A DNA stretch of 64,000 nucleotides from a virus (IMGVR_UViG_3300044856_000241:128001-192000), one strand, 5' to 3'; positions 18,864 through 29,969 are shown, numbered from the stretch's first letter. Numbers and translations are program-made. Notes: a model not told the origin generated them from the letters alone.

Positions 18864-19817
18864 GTGATAAAAATTCAAATCTGGCTAAATGAGGAAATTT
18901 ACAAATCATCATCTATTACAATGTACGGACTTGCTGCGTATTGTGCTATAAAATCATTGTTGTTTACTGAGGAACATAAAGAAATATGCATCACCACAGA
19001 ATTACTCTCCTATCAGCTCTCAAAAAGTCTCCATACTAAGCGCAGGTTTCTGGAGAATATTGAAACGGGATATGGCGAATTGATTGATCAACTTTTTATA
19101 AAAGAAATAGATGTGAAGTCAAAATACCGCGTGATTGACTGCTCTAAGTTATTTATCAACGGTGATAATGATTATTTTACAATTGTTACTTATGAAGAAA
19201 TTCTAAAAATATTTCATATTAAATCCGTCAATAGCTTTGTTTTATTAAGATACTTTGTGTTCCTGATAGGAACAATCTCTTCTTCTATCGATGTTTGGTT
19301 AGATGCATTTCAGCATAAATGTCGTGTGGTTGGGAATCTTACAATTCCATACTTATCTCAAATATCTGGTATTTCAGAGAAATCCATTAATGAGTACAAC
19401 AAAATATTGGAGAACGCTGGACTTATTTATATCAACCGTCCAAACGACATTATTATTAATGAATCATCCGGCGAGATTAAGAGAATGACTAATATATATG
19501 GTCGCCCAGCGGACAAATTATATATTGATGCTTTCGCTGCTAATCAGAAAAAATACGAAAAATCTTACAGGTACGTGGAGAACAATCTTAATAAGGCTAA
19601 TTCGAAACGCCGGTTGGCACAAATATATATTCAGCTTCAGCGAGGTAATGATCAGAAATATACAATTGCAGAAATTAAAAGTGTATTTGCGTATGTACTC
19701 GCGGAGAATAAAAAATATGAAGCACTATATGAAAAAAATCATGACGATCGGTGTCTGGATAAGATCCGTGATACTGATGTATTTAAAAAATATGATTTTT
19801 ATGAGGAGAATATATAA
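18864..19817 (+). CDS. HTH-containing replication initiator-like protein
   Basis: YLSQISGISEKSINEYNKILENAGLIYI winged-HTH-like segment then TNIYGR; sits next to the repeat cluster. Confidence 0.55.
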   Translation: MIKIQIWLNEEIYKSSSITMYGLAAYCAIKSLLFTEEHKEICITTELLSYQLSKSLHTKRRFLENIETGYGELIDQLFIKEIDVKSKYRVIDCSKLFINGDNDYFTIVTYEEILKIFHIKSVNSFVLLRYFVFLIGTISSSIDVWLDAFQHKCRVVGNLTIPYLSQISGISEKSINEYNKILENAGLIYINRPNDIIINESSGEIKRMTNIYGRPADKLYIDAFAANQKKYEKSYRYVENNLNKANSKRRLAQIYIQLQRGNDQKYTIAEIKSVFAYVLAENKKYEALYEKNHDDRCLDKIRDTDVFKKYDFYEENI

Positions 19818-19886
19818 ATATATCACTTCACATACTCTTACAAAATTATGTAACTTAAAAAATTTTTAATTTAGGAAAGGACAGAA

Positions 19887-20930
19887 ATGCAACAGATTAA
19901 TATTAATGAACTAAAACCTCATCCGCGTAATAATGAATTTTTTGATGATATGATGGGTGATGCTTGGGATGCGTTTAAGGAGTCTATTGAAACATCTGGA
20001 ATTATTGAGCCAATTGTAGTAACTAAAGATATGATTATTGTCTCTGGGCATCAAAGAGTCCGTGCTGCAAAAGAACTTGGGTTAGTTTCTGTAATGATAG
20101 ATATTAGGAAGTATGACAGCGAAGATAATATATTAAAAGATCTTATAGAAACAAATATTCGACAAAGAGGTATTGGAAATCCAAATCCCATAAAACTTGG
20201 TAGATGTATTAAGGAATTAGAACGTATATATGGAATACATCAAGGAAATGGTTCAAATCAGTATGAGCAAAATCCGAAAGTTTCGGATAAAGCAACTGTT
20301 AATCAATCAGATATTGCTAAAATGGTTGGTATTTCAGTTGATACACTTAATAATTATAAAAAACTTACAGAACTTATCCCAGAGTTAGAAGATCTTGTAG
20401 AAACAGGTATGGTAGCACCAACTACCGCAGCAGCCATTGTAAAATATATGTCCCCTGAAGAACAGGAAGAATTCATTACCTCTATGGATACAACGAAGAG
20501 AATTACTAAGAAGGAAGTACAGAAATATATTGATGAAATTAATTATCTCAAAGCTAACCCTATTGTAGAAAAAGTTGTTGAAAAACCAGACGACTACGAC
20601 AAAACCAAAAAAGATTTGCAGAATTATAAAAAAGAATATTCTAATCTTGAAGCACAGTACAAAAACAAAGTATCAGAACTTCAAGATTTGCGAAAGCAAG
20701 TGGAGAATATGAAAGAAACGGAATCAACTGAGCAATATAATAAAAAATTAAAAGATTCTACTATCTTTTTCTGTTCAAAAGTAGCTTCTTTTATTGAACA
20801 AGTCGGTGGTTATGTTTGGTTGGCGGATCATCTGAATGAATTACCAGATTATGAAAAAAAGTCCTATGTTAGTGCAGTTAATGCTGTATATGCATGGGCA
20901 GAAACTTTATTAAATAATATTAATAATTAA
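19887..20930 (+). CDS. ParB N-terminal domain protein with HTH and coiled coil
   Basis: INELKPHPRN...GIIEPIVV...IVSGHQRVRAAKELG. Confidence 0.85.
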   Translation: MQQININELKPHPRNNEFFDDMMGDAWDAFKESIETSGIIEPIVVTKDMIIVSGHQRVRAAKELGLVSVMIDIRKYDSEDNILKDLIETNIRQRGIGNPNPIKLGRCIKELERIYGIHQGNGSNQYEQNPKVSDKATVNQSDIAKMVGISVDTLNNYKKLTELIPELEDLVETGMVAPTTAAAIVKYMSPEEQEEFITSMDTTKRITKKEVQKYIDEINYLKANPIVEKVVEKPDDYDKTKKDLQNYKKEYSNLEAQYKNKVSELQDLRKQVENMKETESTEQYNKKLKDSTIFFCSKVASFIEQVGGYVWLADHLNELPDYEKKSYVSAVNAVYAWAETLLNNINN

Positions 20931-20951
20931 AATTACGGAGGAAGTATTTTT

Positions 20952-21449
20952 ATGAACGATTTAACAGGAACAATGAATGAAAATTTTGATATGCAGCAGT
21001 TAATGAATATCACAGGACAGATTGGTATGAATGTAAACAATATTAGCAAACAGGTTGGTATTGTAACAACTGCTGTTGCCAATATTCGCACAGATGTAAA
21101 TCAGCTTACTGATCGCATGGATCAGCTTGAATTAAAAGAAGAAGTTACAACCGAACAGGCGGCGACAATTAATAGAACTATTCATAGAAGAGTATATGAA
21201 ATTCTTGGTGATAATAAAGATGATTTGGCAAAATATACGAAAATTTTTAGTCAACGTCTTTACACAGACGCAAGAAGAAACGCTGGACTTGGTAATACAT
21301 ATCACGCAACTAAGAAAGAAAACTTCCAAAGAGTGCTCGATTATGCAGAATCTTGGACTCCTTCTGGTGGAATTTTAAAATTAAAAGAAAGAGCCGATAG
21401 AATGGCTGAAGCTAGAAGAAAAGCAAAGGAACAAGGATACGACAAATAA
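20952..21449 (+). CDS. ORF6C-like antirepressor-associated protein
   Basis: VTTEQAATINRTIHRRV...YHATKKENFQRVLDYAESWTP pattern. Confidence 0.6.
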   Translation: MNDLTGTMNENFDMQQLMNITGQIGMNVNNISKQVGIVTTAVANIRTDVNQLTDRMDQLELKEEVTTEQAATINRTIHRRVYEILGDNKDDLAKYTKIFSQRLYTDARRNAGLGNTYHATKKENFQRVLDYAESWTPSGGILKLKERADRMAEARRKAKEQGYDK

Positions 21450-21626
21450 TTTTATTTACATAATGCTTATGACACATATTTTGTGTCATAAGCAAATAAT
21501 CTAATTTTCAATTCTATTAAATCTATATAAACCCACTTTTTCATTGTAACTCATAACAACAGCACCTATATAAAGGAGTGAACGCTATGACAGAAAAATT
21601 ATTAAACATCAAAGGAGAACTAACTA

Positions 21627-21836
21627 TTGGAGACAAAAAACAAAACAGTAAAAATTGTATCAAGAAACCATAAATATGCAAATACATGGGGAGGAAGTAT
21701 CTGGGAAGGTGATTTTTGCACATCTTCACCGCAAGAATGTACTGTAGATAAAATCATAAATGCTTGGAACTTTGATAAACAATGTAAGAAAAATTTGAAA
21801 AAACGAGCAATGACATATGGTTATGATCTCAAATAG
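21627..21836 (+). CDS. hypothetical protein
   Basis: AAAGGAG SD with TTG start. Confidence 0.6.
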   Translation: METKNKTVKIVSRNHKYANTWGGSIWEGDFCTSSPQECTVDKIINAWNFDKQCKKNLKKRAMTYGYDLK

Positions 21837-21879
21837 ACAGAGAATGTATAAATATAAAGTATTTTAGGAGAACAAAATT

Positions 21880-22239
21880 ATGAAATATGTAGTAAAAGGC
21901 ACCACAATGGAGATCAAACTGCCACGAAGCATTGGATACAAAGGATATTCAGTTGAATGTACATACAAACCGGCAGATGAAGAAGATAAATATTGGTTAT
22001 CCATGTGGCTAAAACGTTCTGATATTGATGATAAATTCAAAATCGACAGTCAAGAAATTGATACTCAACTTATCTCCGGGACAAAAGAAAACATCAGAAA
22101 CAACATTTGCTCTATTGTTGAGTATGCTTGTAGATCAGGATTTTTTGCAGAATATATTCAGAGATTCAAATATACATATGAGTGCTTTGCAAAAGGCAAT
22201 GAGATTCTGGAAAGTGAGCGTCTTGATGACAAAGACTGA
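21880..22239 (+). CDS. hypothetical protein
   Basis: AGGAG SD. Confidence 0.7.
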   Translation: MKYVVKGTTMEIKLPRSIGYKGYSVECTYKPADEEDKYWLSMWLKRSDIDDKFKIDSQEIDTQLISGTKENIRNNICSIVEYACRSGFFAEYIQRFKYTYECFAKGNEILESERLDDKD

Positions 22240-22657
22240 TCAGAAATTCTTTCAGAAAGCCCGCCAGATAGCAAGTATATCAGATTTTAAAAAAATTCAT
22301 GTTGGCTGTGTAGCCGTATACCAAGGAAATATTATTGGAATTGGATGTAATACAAACAAAACACATCCAATGCAGAAATATTACAATCGTTACCGTGTAG
22401 TTGATGATTCATATGAATACAACGACACTCTTCTACCAAAACTTCATGCTGAGATGAATTGTCTCAACAGTATCCGTCATTTCGACATTAAATTCTCAAA
22501 AGTAAAATTATATATCTTCCGCTCCAGAACTACAAAGGCTCATGGTATGGCACGTCCGTGTCCATCATGTATGGCTGCTATCAAGGATATGGGTATCAGA
22601 AATGTGTATTACACCACGGATGATGGCTTCGCGTATGAAAGTGTAGGTGTTTCATAA
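22226..22657 (+). CDS. cytidine/deoxycytidylate deaminase family protein
   Basis: HVGCV...LHAEMNC...ARPCPSC zinc deaminase motifs; start moved from 22025 to 22226. Confidence 0.85.
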   Translation: MTKTDQKFFQKARQIASISDFKKIHVGCVAVYQGNIIGIGCNTNKTHPMQKYYNRYRVVDDSYEYNDTLLPKLHAEMNCLNSIRHFDIKFSKVKLYIFRSRTTKAHGMARPCPSCMAAIKDMGIRNVYYTTDDGFAYESVGVS

Positions 22658-22881
22658 TGTGTGAATACTGTTTGATGATCGGTGGAAAACATGATTGCCG
22701 GTGTCCAAACGCTCCAGATATAGTGTCAGATAAAACCTGTGGTTCTTGCGGTCTGGAGATAATGCCGTGGGAAGAATATGTCGAGAATGATGATGGAGAA
22801 TATATACATATAGAATGTGTTGACGGAATTTATGATCTATTGGATTGGTTGGGATATGAAGTTAAGACTGATACGGATTAA
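22657..22881 (+). CDS. small Cys/His-rich zinc-binding protein
   Basis: CEYC...HDCRCP...CGSC...HIEC. Confidence 0.7.
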   Translation: MCEYCLMIGGKHDCRCPNAPDIVSDKTCGSCGLEIMPWEEYVENDDGEYIHIECVDGIYDLLDWLGYEVKTDTD

Positions 22882-22905
22882 TAAGAATTAAATACGGAGG
22901 CAATT

Positions 22906-23301
22906 ATGAATATTGTGAAATTCAAATGGAATTTTGAAAACTTGACACTGGATGATTTTGGATTAGACCCGGAATTAAATATGCTATCCGCTCCTACTTG
23001 TGATTGTGGGTGTGGTGAGAAAGCAAAAGTTTGCCTGGAAAACAGAGAGGATATTTTTGAATTCTGCTGTGGAATGTTATGTGAAATGGACTGTGGATGG
23101 TGTGCTATTTTTGCTATCGATCAGGATAATAAAATGATTGGCGTTATCAAGGACGGTGAAGAATTCAAAAGTATTGGAACAAAGGAACCGATTGATGATG
23201 ATTATGACATGATTGGTGATTTGTTTTACGGGATGGAGTTACATATGTATGGATTGATTGTCAGTGCCGGTGACGGTCTGTATAAGATTGTGGAGGAATA
23301 A
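22906..23301 (+). CDS. acidic Cys-rich hypothetical protein
   Basis: GGAGG SD; CDCGCG motif. Confidence 0.7.
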   Translation: MNIVKFKWNFENLTLDDFGLDPELNMLSAPTCDCGCGEKAKVCLENREDIFEFCCGMLCEMDCGWCAIFAIDQDNKMIGVIKDGEEFKSIGTKEPIDDDYDMIGDLFYGMELHMYGLIVSAGDGLYKIVEE

Positions 23302-23376
23302 AGCTCGTATTAAAATTCGTAATTCTCCACGGAGAATACGTATATATAGATAAAATTTATTTTAGGAGGACACTAT

Positions 23377-24822
23377 ATGGCAAATTATGAACCAGAGTTA
23401 ATGTACGCATTGGATTCTAAAAGTGAATATGCCGATTGGAAGAATGTTTACAATGTTAGTGGCAGTGACGTACTATATTGTCCTATTTGCTTAGGAAGAG
23501 TGAAACTTTGGAATGGACAAGACCCAGAAAGAACTTATAAGAAGCAAAAATGTTTTCATCATATTGATGGAATGTGTTCACAAGAAAGTCGAATCCACTT
23601 TGCTTACAAAACATGGTTACTTAAAGCTGGGAGTAAAATCAAAGTTGGTGAAAAGACATATGAGGTAGTAAATGCAGAAATTGAGAAAACTTTGCATACT
23701 TCATATGGAGACTATAGACCAGACATTATTATTGATACTTCAGACAATAAAAAATTTTTTGTAGAAATCGCTCACACAAATAAGAAAACTGAAGACTATG
23801 TTTTGAAATGGGACAAACTTGGTTGTACTGTACTCGAATTAGATGTCAATGAACAACTACTTACAGCAAAAATCGACGGAGTGCCAGAATTTAAAGTAAT
23901 CTACTCTTCTATTACTGGAGAATGTTATATTAAGCAGTACATTCATTCTGAATATGATGACATGATTACAGAAAGAAAAGTGTTCTGGAAACGTAATGAG
24001 TTAATGAATTATAAATTGCAATGGGAAAAGCTTGATCAGTTTTGGAGGAAGCTTCAAATTTTTTACTCTGGTAAATCGGACATTAACCCTGTTGTTGATG
24101 CTTTTAAAGAAATGGAACCGTCTGATCAGCGTTTTGTTTGTAATAAAATGCGTGGAAAACATTCTATTGTAAAATATGAACTCGAAAATAATTATACAGA
24201 CGTAAAAGATATTGAAAAAAGCCATTTGCAGCATATCAGTAGAATAATTCGGAAACTCAACAAAGAATTTGGTTATAGTAGTTGCAATCCACTGGATGAT
24301 ACTTATATATTCAGAAAAAATCGACATGTAATATTTAAAGATTCTGTTGATTGGGAAAAGCGTTCACATATGTATGTTGATGATGATGTGACAGAAAAAG
24401 ATATATATGAACATTTTCATCCAATTATGGAGAAGTATTATCAGGAACACACCGTTCCTTTAAGAGAACGACTAAAAAATGAAGAACTAGAACGTAATAA
24501 AATTAAATGTTATATAAATTCTCAAATTGTTCCCCAATTAGAGAAGGTTAAAAATAGTATAAATAACTGTCCAAACAATATGTGGAAGATGTCTTATTTT
24601 GTAGACGAATACTATTTAGATTGCGAAATTGAATTATACTTATTAGACGAATGGTATAAACGTTTATATATTTCAAAAGAAGAAATGTGTGAAGAAACTT
24701 ATGACATTCGGAAAGTAGTAACTAATGAAATGAATAGAATGATCGAATTAGGTAAAAGAGGCTCTGACCCAGATTATCCTAGAATCTACTATACAGATAT
24801 CAGAATTATGGAGGACAGATAA
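23377..24822 (+). CDS. CoiA-like Zn-ribbon plus PD-(D/E)XK domain protein
   Basis: YCPIC...FHH...ESRIHFAYK...YRPDI...VEIAHTNK. Confidence 0.65.
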   Translation: MANYEPELMYALDSKSEYADWKNVYNVSGSDVLYCPICLGRVKLWNGQDPERTYKKQKCFHHIDGMCSQESRIHFAYKTWLLKAGSKIKVGEKTYEVVNAEIEKTLHTSYGDYRPDIIIDTSDNKKFFVEIAHTNKKTEDYVLKWDKLGCTVLELDVNEQLLTAKIDGVPEFKVIYSSITGECYIKQYIHSEYDDMITERKVFWKRNELMNYKLQWEKLDQFWRKLQIFYSGKSDINPVVDAFKEMEPSDQRFVCNKMRGKHSIVKYELENNYTDVKDIEKSHLQHISRIIRKLNKEFGYSSCNPLDDTYIFRKNRHVIFKDSVDWEKRSHMYVDDDVTEKDIYEHFHPIMEKYYQEHTVPLRERLKNEELERNKIKCYINSQIVPQLEKVKNSINNCPNNMWKMSYFVDEYYLDCEIELYLLDEWYKRLYISKEEMCEETYDIRKVVTNEMNRMIELGKRGSDPDYPRIYYTDIRIMEDR

Positions 24823-24823
24823 T

Positions 24824-27694
24824 ATGATTAAAAATACAGGTGTATACATTCCAAGTATTGATGCGAAGGACATTTATTTGTCCTCACATTATCAAAATAA
24901 AAATGCGGAAGGTTATAGTTTAAAATTAAAAGATGGGAAATATAATCTTCGGAAATTTATAAACACATTTGATTTTAGTCTGGATATAATTGAAATAAGA
25001 GAGATATATTTTAAGAAATTCAGAAAACACGATTTTCAGTTTAGAGTGAAACGACATGACTATTGTGCGAATATCATCAATGTTACTTTTAAATATTCTG
25101 TAAAAGAATGGAACCAGATGAATAAAAATACTTTCGTAAAGTTTGGCTATGATTATAGAGAGTTGGTATTTGATGATGGAATTGCTAAGAATCAAGATGG
25201 AGAAATTGTTGGTATTAAAATTAATGAAAAAATTGACATTCCTCTTGCTACTCTCCCGTCTCCTTTCGTAAAAAAAGAAGTTCAGATTTTTGATAAAAAA
25301 GATAAAAGTTTATTAAAAGAGGTTCAGATCCAGTATGATAAAAAAGGAGAACCTAAGACACTAAAAACAAATGCAGAACTTCGTAAGGAATTATATAAAA
25401 CTGGATTTGTGTGTGACGGCTTTAAATTCTGTCGTATGAAAAGATCGGCAGGATCTGCAAGGGTTGGAAAATGTTTATTCGTTAGAGAAGAATTAGCAGA
25501 ACCAATGCTTTCTTTTAGTTCGGGTGGAATAAAATATGAATATGGAGACCCTATTGATTTAGCCGGTTATGAAAGTTATATTTCTCTTACCTCTAGTAGC
25601 ATTATTGGATTATTACCAATTAAACCAGAGAATATATTGTTAATTGATGATTATGACAGTATTTTTAACGAAGACGTTGTTGAAACACATGATGAAAATA
25701 AATGGTTAGTAACAACAGAGAAAAATTGTACAATTTCAAATACGATTTGGGATGGTCAGTCATTAATGGACGTATCATTGTTTGGCGAGTACTCTGAATA
25801 TGGTATGGTTTTACTTCGGAACCTTATGTTTAAATCATGTTGTTTTAATTGTAATATCCAGCAATGGTTCAAAGATAATGGAATTACAGATATATCTCAG
25901 CTAAATGGTAAGACACGCGCAACAAAAATTGAAGATGTGAAGCTTATCACCACGTCGAACAGTATTAAATATCTAAAATTCAGTAATTTTAATGAATGGC
26001 TTGATTATTTGTATCCGAATTTCGGCGTTGTAAAACATGACAAGAAAACTCATTTCTTCGGCGGTCGTTTGGTGCAAACTCATTACCAGTTGCTTAACAC
26101 TTTGCAAATGACTCAAGATGAAGTTGCGGAATTTTTGCAGGAATCATTAAAATTTGCTCAAATGCTTAGAGATAAACCAGAAGTGGTTCGTCATTACATT
26201 AAATATCCAGACGTTGATGAAATGGACCCGCTGAGTAGACCGATGAATAGTAAAAGTGATGTTGTTTACAATTTATTGTGTATCAATGATGATTTTGTTA
26301 AAACTAAGTATTATCAGGAATTTTTACATGATCTTTTAGCTTCCTACTATAAAAATTTAAAGAACGGACATGTCTATGTGAATGGCAATTATTCTACTCT
26401 CTTAGGAAACCCGATTGAGATGTTACAGCAGTCTATTGGAAAATTTAATGGAGAAAGCCAGATTGGAATTGGTAATATTCATAGTACACGCTTTAGATAT
26501 AATCAGACACTTCTAGGAAGTCGTTCTCCTCATGTTACAATTGGTAATATTTGGCTTCCATATAATACCGAAAATGAAATGATTGATCGTTATGTTAATG
26601 CAACAAACGAGATTGTTTGTATCAATTCAATTGGCGAAAATGTTTTACAAAGACTTTCTGGTGCAGATTTCGATAGCGATACTGTAATGCTTACAGATAA
26701 CAAATATCTTATCACTGCGGCGCAGAAAAACTATCATGTATTCAAAACACCAACTGCTTGTGTTGGTTCATATAAAGTGGAAAGATATTATACACCAGAA
26801 CAACAGGCAGATCTTGATATTGTTACATCTGTAAATAAAATTGGAGAAATTGTAAATTTATCACAAGAGTTAAACTCTTTGCTTTGGGATAGTATATATC
26901 ACGGTGCGACCTATGATGATATTAAAGATTTATATTATGATATTTGTCAGTTAGATGTAATGTCTGGGATAGAAATTGATAAAGCAAAAAAAGAATTTGA
27001 CATCGATAATAAAAAAGAATTGGACAAACTTCGTAAAAAGTATGATGAATTTGTAAGGGAATATGAAACAGATGAAGATGGAAATACAATTAGAGGAAAA
27101 AAGAAAATGCCGCATTTCTTCTCTCATATCTCCAAGCAGAAAGGTTATTACAATCCTGATAAAAAACATTATTGCAAATATCATACAACAATGGATTACT
27201 TGCAGACTGTTGTTAATGGATTTCGAATTAAAAATCCATATAAAAAAGATTGGCAGCCGTTTGTATCAATTTTAGACAGTACATTTTTCAGAACATCTAG
27301 TGTTAATCAGAAGCAGATCAATAAAATTTATAGTATTTTGAAAAGATATATTAATGATAGAAAAAATATTTATGCTTCTGAAACTGATACAAAAGAAGAA
27401 CGAGCGATACGAGTATTAAAATTAAAAGAAGATTTAATATCTGATATTGAATCTGAAACAATAGGCTTTTCTACATTGTATCGTTTATTATCATCTCTTG
27501 AAGACAAAGAAAATACAAAAATCAAAAATCTTCTTATGGAAATCTTATCCCTTTGTGGAAATGAAAGTTTCAACAAAGCAATTCTTCAATCCAAAAAATC
27601 AATTAAACAAATTGAAGAGGACGGAAAAGACATTGAGATGTTCGGAATCGGATATAAAATTGCAGAAAAACAAAGAAATTCGGCGTTGAAGTAG
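24824..27694 (+). CDS. yonO: YonO-like single-subunit RNA polymerase (two-barrel, RdRP-related)
   Basis: RSAGSARVGK, IWDGQSL, LRN.MFK, SRSPH and catalytic QRLSGADFDSD motifs; SPbeta-like position. Confidence 0.85.
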   Translation: MIKNTGVYIPSIDAKDIYLSSHYQNKNAEGYSLKLKDGKYNLRKFINTFDFSLDIIEIREIYFKKFRKHDFQFRVKRHDYCANIINVTFKYSVKEWNQMNKNTFVKFGYDYRELVFDDGIAKNQDGEIVGIKINEKIDIPLATLPSPFVKKEVQIFDKKDKSLLKEVQIQYDKKGEPKTLKTNAELRKELYKTGFVCDGFKFCRMKRSAGSARVGKCLFVREELAEPMLSFSSGGIKYEYGDPIDLAGYESYISLTSSSIIGLLPIKPENILLIDDYDSIFNEDVVETHDENKWLVTTEKNCTISNTIWDGQSLMDVSLFGEYSEYGMVLLRNLMFKSCCFNCNIQQWFKDNGITDISQLNGKTRATKIEDVKLITTSNSIKYLKFSNFNEWLDYLYPNFGVVKHDKKTHFFGGRLVQTHYQLLNTLQMTQDEVAEFLQESLKFAQMLRDKPEVVRHYIKYPDVDEMDPLSRPMNSKSDVVYNLLCINDDFVKTKYYQEFLHDLLASYYKNLKNGHVYVNGNYSTLLGNPIEMLQQSIGKFNGESQIGIGNIHSTRFRYNQTLLGSRSPHVTIGNIWLPYNTENEMIDRYVNATNEIVCINSIGENVLQRLSGADFDSDTVMLTDNKYLITAAQKNYHVFKTPTACVGSYKVERYYTPEQQADLDIVTSVNKIGEIVNLSQELNSLLWDSIYHGATYDDIKDLYYDICQLDVMSGIEIDKAKKEFDIDNKKELDKLRKKYDEFVREYETDEDGNTIRGKKKMPHFFSHISKQKGYYNPDKKHYCKYHTTMDYLQTVVNGFRIKNPYKKDWQPFVSILDSTFFRTSSVNQKQINKIYSILKRYINDRKNIYASETDTKEERAIRVLKLKEDLISDIESETIGFSTLYRLLSSLEDKENTKIKNLLMEILSLCGNESFNKAILQSKKSIKQIEEDGKDIEMFGIGYKIAEKQRNSALK

Positions 27695-27815
27695 CTCTTA
27701 GATTACGGGTTTCGTGACCAAATTTATTTTACATAGGAGAGGGTGGTTTTCATCTATTATTTTACTGACTACTACCCTACTCTTATTGTGAATTTCGGAG
27801 AAGGAGTGATTTACA

Positions 27816-28136
27816 ATACACGATAAAACATATTATAACCAACAATTTGTTATAAATCAAATTCAAAATGATACTGGCTGCTCCGCAAGAGATGTGAATA
27901 AAATATTGTCATCTCTTCGAAATGTGGTAAAGGATAAACTTAGTGATGGGGAAAATGTTGAACTAAAATTATTTCCTGGACTAAAGGTAACTTCAAAGTA
28001 TATACCATCTGAGCAGTCAAATCTTAATCTTTGTAATAACGGTACTATTACTTCTGACTATCTATTATATCTTAATGGCGAATTCAGCCACAGGTTCAAA
28101 GAAGAAATAAAACAATTACATAAACAGAAAGTATAA
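27816..28136 (+). CDS. HU/IHF-like DNA-binding protein (ATA start proposed)
   Basis: Frame open 26 codons upstream of 27894 to ATA 7 nt after AAGGAGTG; IQNDTGCSARDVNKILSSL...VELKLFPGLKV. Confidence 0.6.
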   Translation: MHDKTYYNQQFVINQIQNDTGCSARDVNKILSSLRNVVKDKLSDGENVELKLFPGLKVTSKYIPSEQSNLNLCNNGTITSDYLLYLNGEFSHRFKEEIKQLHKQKV

Positions 28137-28269
28137 TCTAATTTTGGATTTTTTCTATCATACCTCCATATGATTTTCATATGATACTCTCCTCTTCTTT
28201 TGTCAGTGACTGCACTGCAGTTCTTGTGGTGTGGTTACTGATATCAGTGTAGAGAGAATAAAATATTAC

Positions 28270-28345
28270 AGCGGAATGACGAGCAATTTGGAAGCTCACC
28301 TGTCTCATAATCAGGAGTATGTGGGATCGTGCCCCACTTCCGCTA
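28270..28345 (+). tRNA. tRNA with CAT anticodon (Met), divergent
   Basis: AGCGGAA/TTCCGCT acceptor; CCTGT-CTCATAA-TCAGG; atypical T-loop ATCGTGC. Confidence 0.7.
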
Positions 28346-28402
28346 TTTTCCTGTATTTACAGGCGGCTGATTTCGGGTCGTTAAATAAGCGTAGTGATAC
28401 GT

Positions 28403-28670
28403 GTGAGTTACCACAAACTATATAAGTTTGCGGTTTCTGTTAAATAGCTCACCAGACTAAGTTGTTAGAAATGGCAACTACGATATTTAGGTCATGATAC
28501 CCTCGGTTGACGCAACAGACCGTCGCTCTATCATACATATTTAAGTTAGGTCAGAGTAAGAACAGCCTTGTGATATGTATGCGAAAAGCTTTTATATCAT
28601 TGTCGAGTTGAAGTCGGAACAGCTGTGTGGTAACAGTACAGCAAAGTACGCATCACCTGCCATTTGGTAG
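28403..28670 (+). ncRNA. omegaRNA (HEARO) of the IscB element
   Basis: GTGAGTTA...TAGCTCAC-CAGACTAAG...CTACGAT...ATACCCTCGGTTGACGC...CATTGTCGAG segments directly upstream of iscB. Confidence 0.8.
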
Positions 28671-28695
28671 AGTATTTATAAGGAGGAACTTATTT

Positions 28696-29969
28696 ATGGT
28701 TTATGTGATTTCACAAGATAGTAAACCATTAATGCCCTGCAGTAATCCAATTGCAAGATTATTACTTAATCAAGGCAAAGCAAAAGTTAAGAGACGTGAG
28801 CCATTCACAATTAAATTGATTTATGAAACAACAGATTACACTCAAGACTTAACTCTTGGTGTAGATACTGGAAGCGGAACTATTGGTACTGCTGTAAGTA
28901 AAGACAATGGAGATATCGTCTATATGTCAGAAATTGCTGTAAGAAACGACATTACTGACAAAATGACACGAAGAGCAAAGTATCGCAGGAATAGACGAAA
29001 TCGTAAAACTCGTTACAGGAAAGTAAGATGGCTTAATCGTGCTAATTCTATACGAACCGATAGGTTTAGTCCTACAATGCAGAGCAAACTTCACAGCCAT
29101 GTAAAGGAGATAGAATACATTAAGTCTATTCTTCCGATCACAACAATGGCGTTTGAAGCAGGACAGTTTGACACGCACTTAATGAAAAATCCAATCTTGC
29201 TAACCCAAAAGTGAGACTATGGGGATACCAAAAAGGTGCTAATTATGGATTTGAAAATACTAAAGCAATGGTACTTAACAGAGATAATTACACCTGTCAG
29301 TGTTGTAAGGGTAAACACAAAGACAGTAAGCTGGAAGTGCATCACATAGTATTTCGTAGTCAATGTGGCTCTGATGAAGCGAGCAATCTTATTACTCTGT
29401 GTCATACCTGTCACAAAGACTTGCATAGTGGAAAGATTAATTTTAAATTGAAAGGCAAATTGAAAGGCAATCTTAAATATGCTACACAAATGAACTCTAT
29501 CCGTAAACAGCTTTTCAAATTATATCCAGATGCTATTGAAACTTTCGGATATGTAACAAAAGTAAACCGTTTGCATTTAGGCGTAGCCAAAGAACATTAT
29601 TATGATGCCTGTGTGATTGCAACACAAGGCAGTATATTTACCGTAAAATCTAATCTTTACAAAAAGAAATGTGTTTCTGATGGTGATTTTCAAAAGACTA
29701 AAGGTATTCGTTCTGAACAACCTATTGTTACAAATAAAATTTGTGGCTTTAGAAAATTTGATAAGGTTCGATATTTTGGGAATGATTACTTTATCAAAGG
29801 AAGAATGTCTACTGGATACACAATTCTTATGGATATTGACGGTAACAAAGTTGACTTTTCGGAGATGCCTAAGGGTTACAAAACACCAAAAATGATAAAT
29901 TTAAAAAGAGTGAAAGCTCGTTCCTCATGGATGGTCACGACGATAACAACTGTCCAAAATATAGTATGA
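28696..29969 (+). pseudogene. iscB: IscB RNA-guided endonuclease, split by a 1-nt frameshift near 29194
   Basis: PLMP, LGVDTG (RuvC-I), RRNRRNRKTRYR bridge helix, HNH (LEVHHI...NLITLCHTCH), HYYDAC (RuvC-III); ORFs 28627-29214 and 29211-29969 join if one base is restored. Confidence 0.88.

Larger units (their letters stand above)
28403..29969 (+). mobile_element. IS200/IS605-family IscB (OMEGA) element without TnpA
   Basis: omegaRNA plus iscB between two tRNAs; ATGA overlapping the iscB stop is a candidate TAM. Confidence 0.75.

Noticed and set aside
28231-28695. ORF 28231-28425 and the N-terminal extension of 28627
   Set aside because: They overlap the CAT tRNA and the omegaRNA; iscB has a strong SD before ATG 28696
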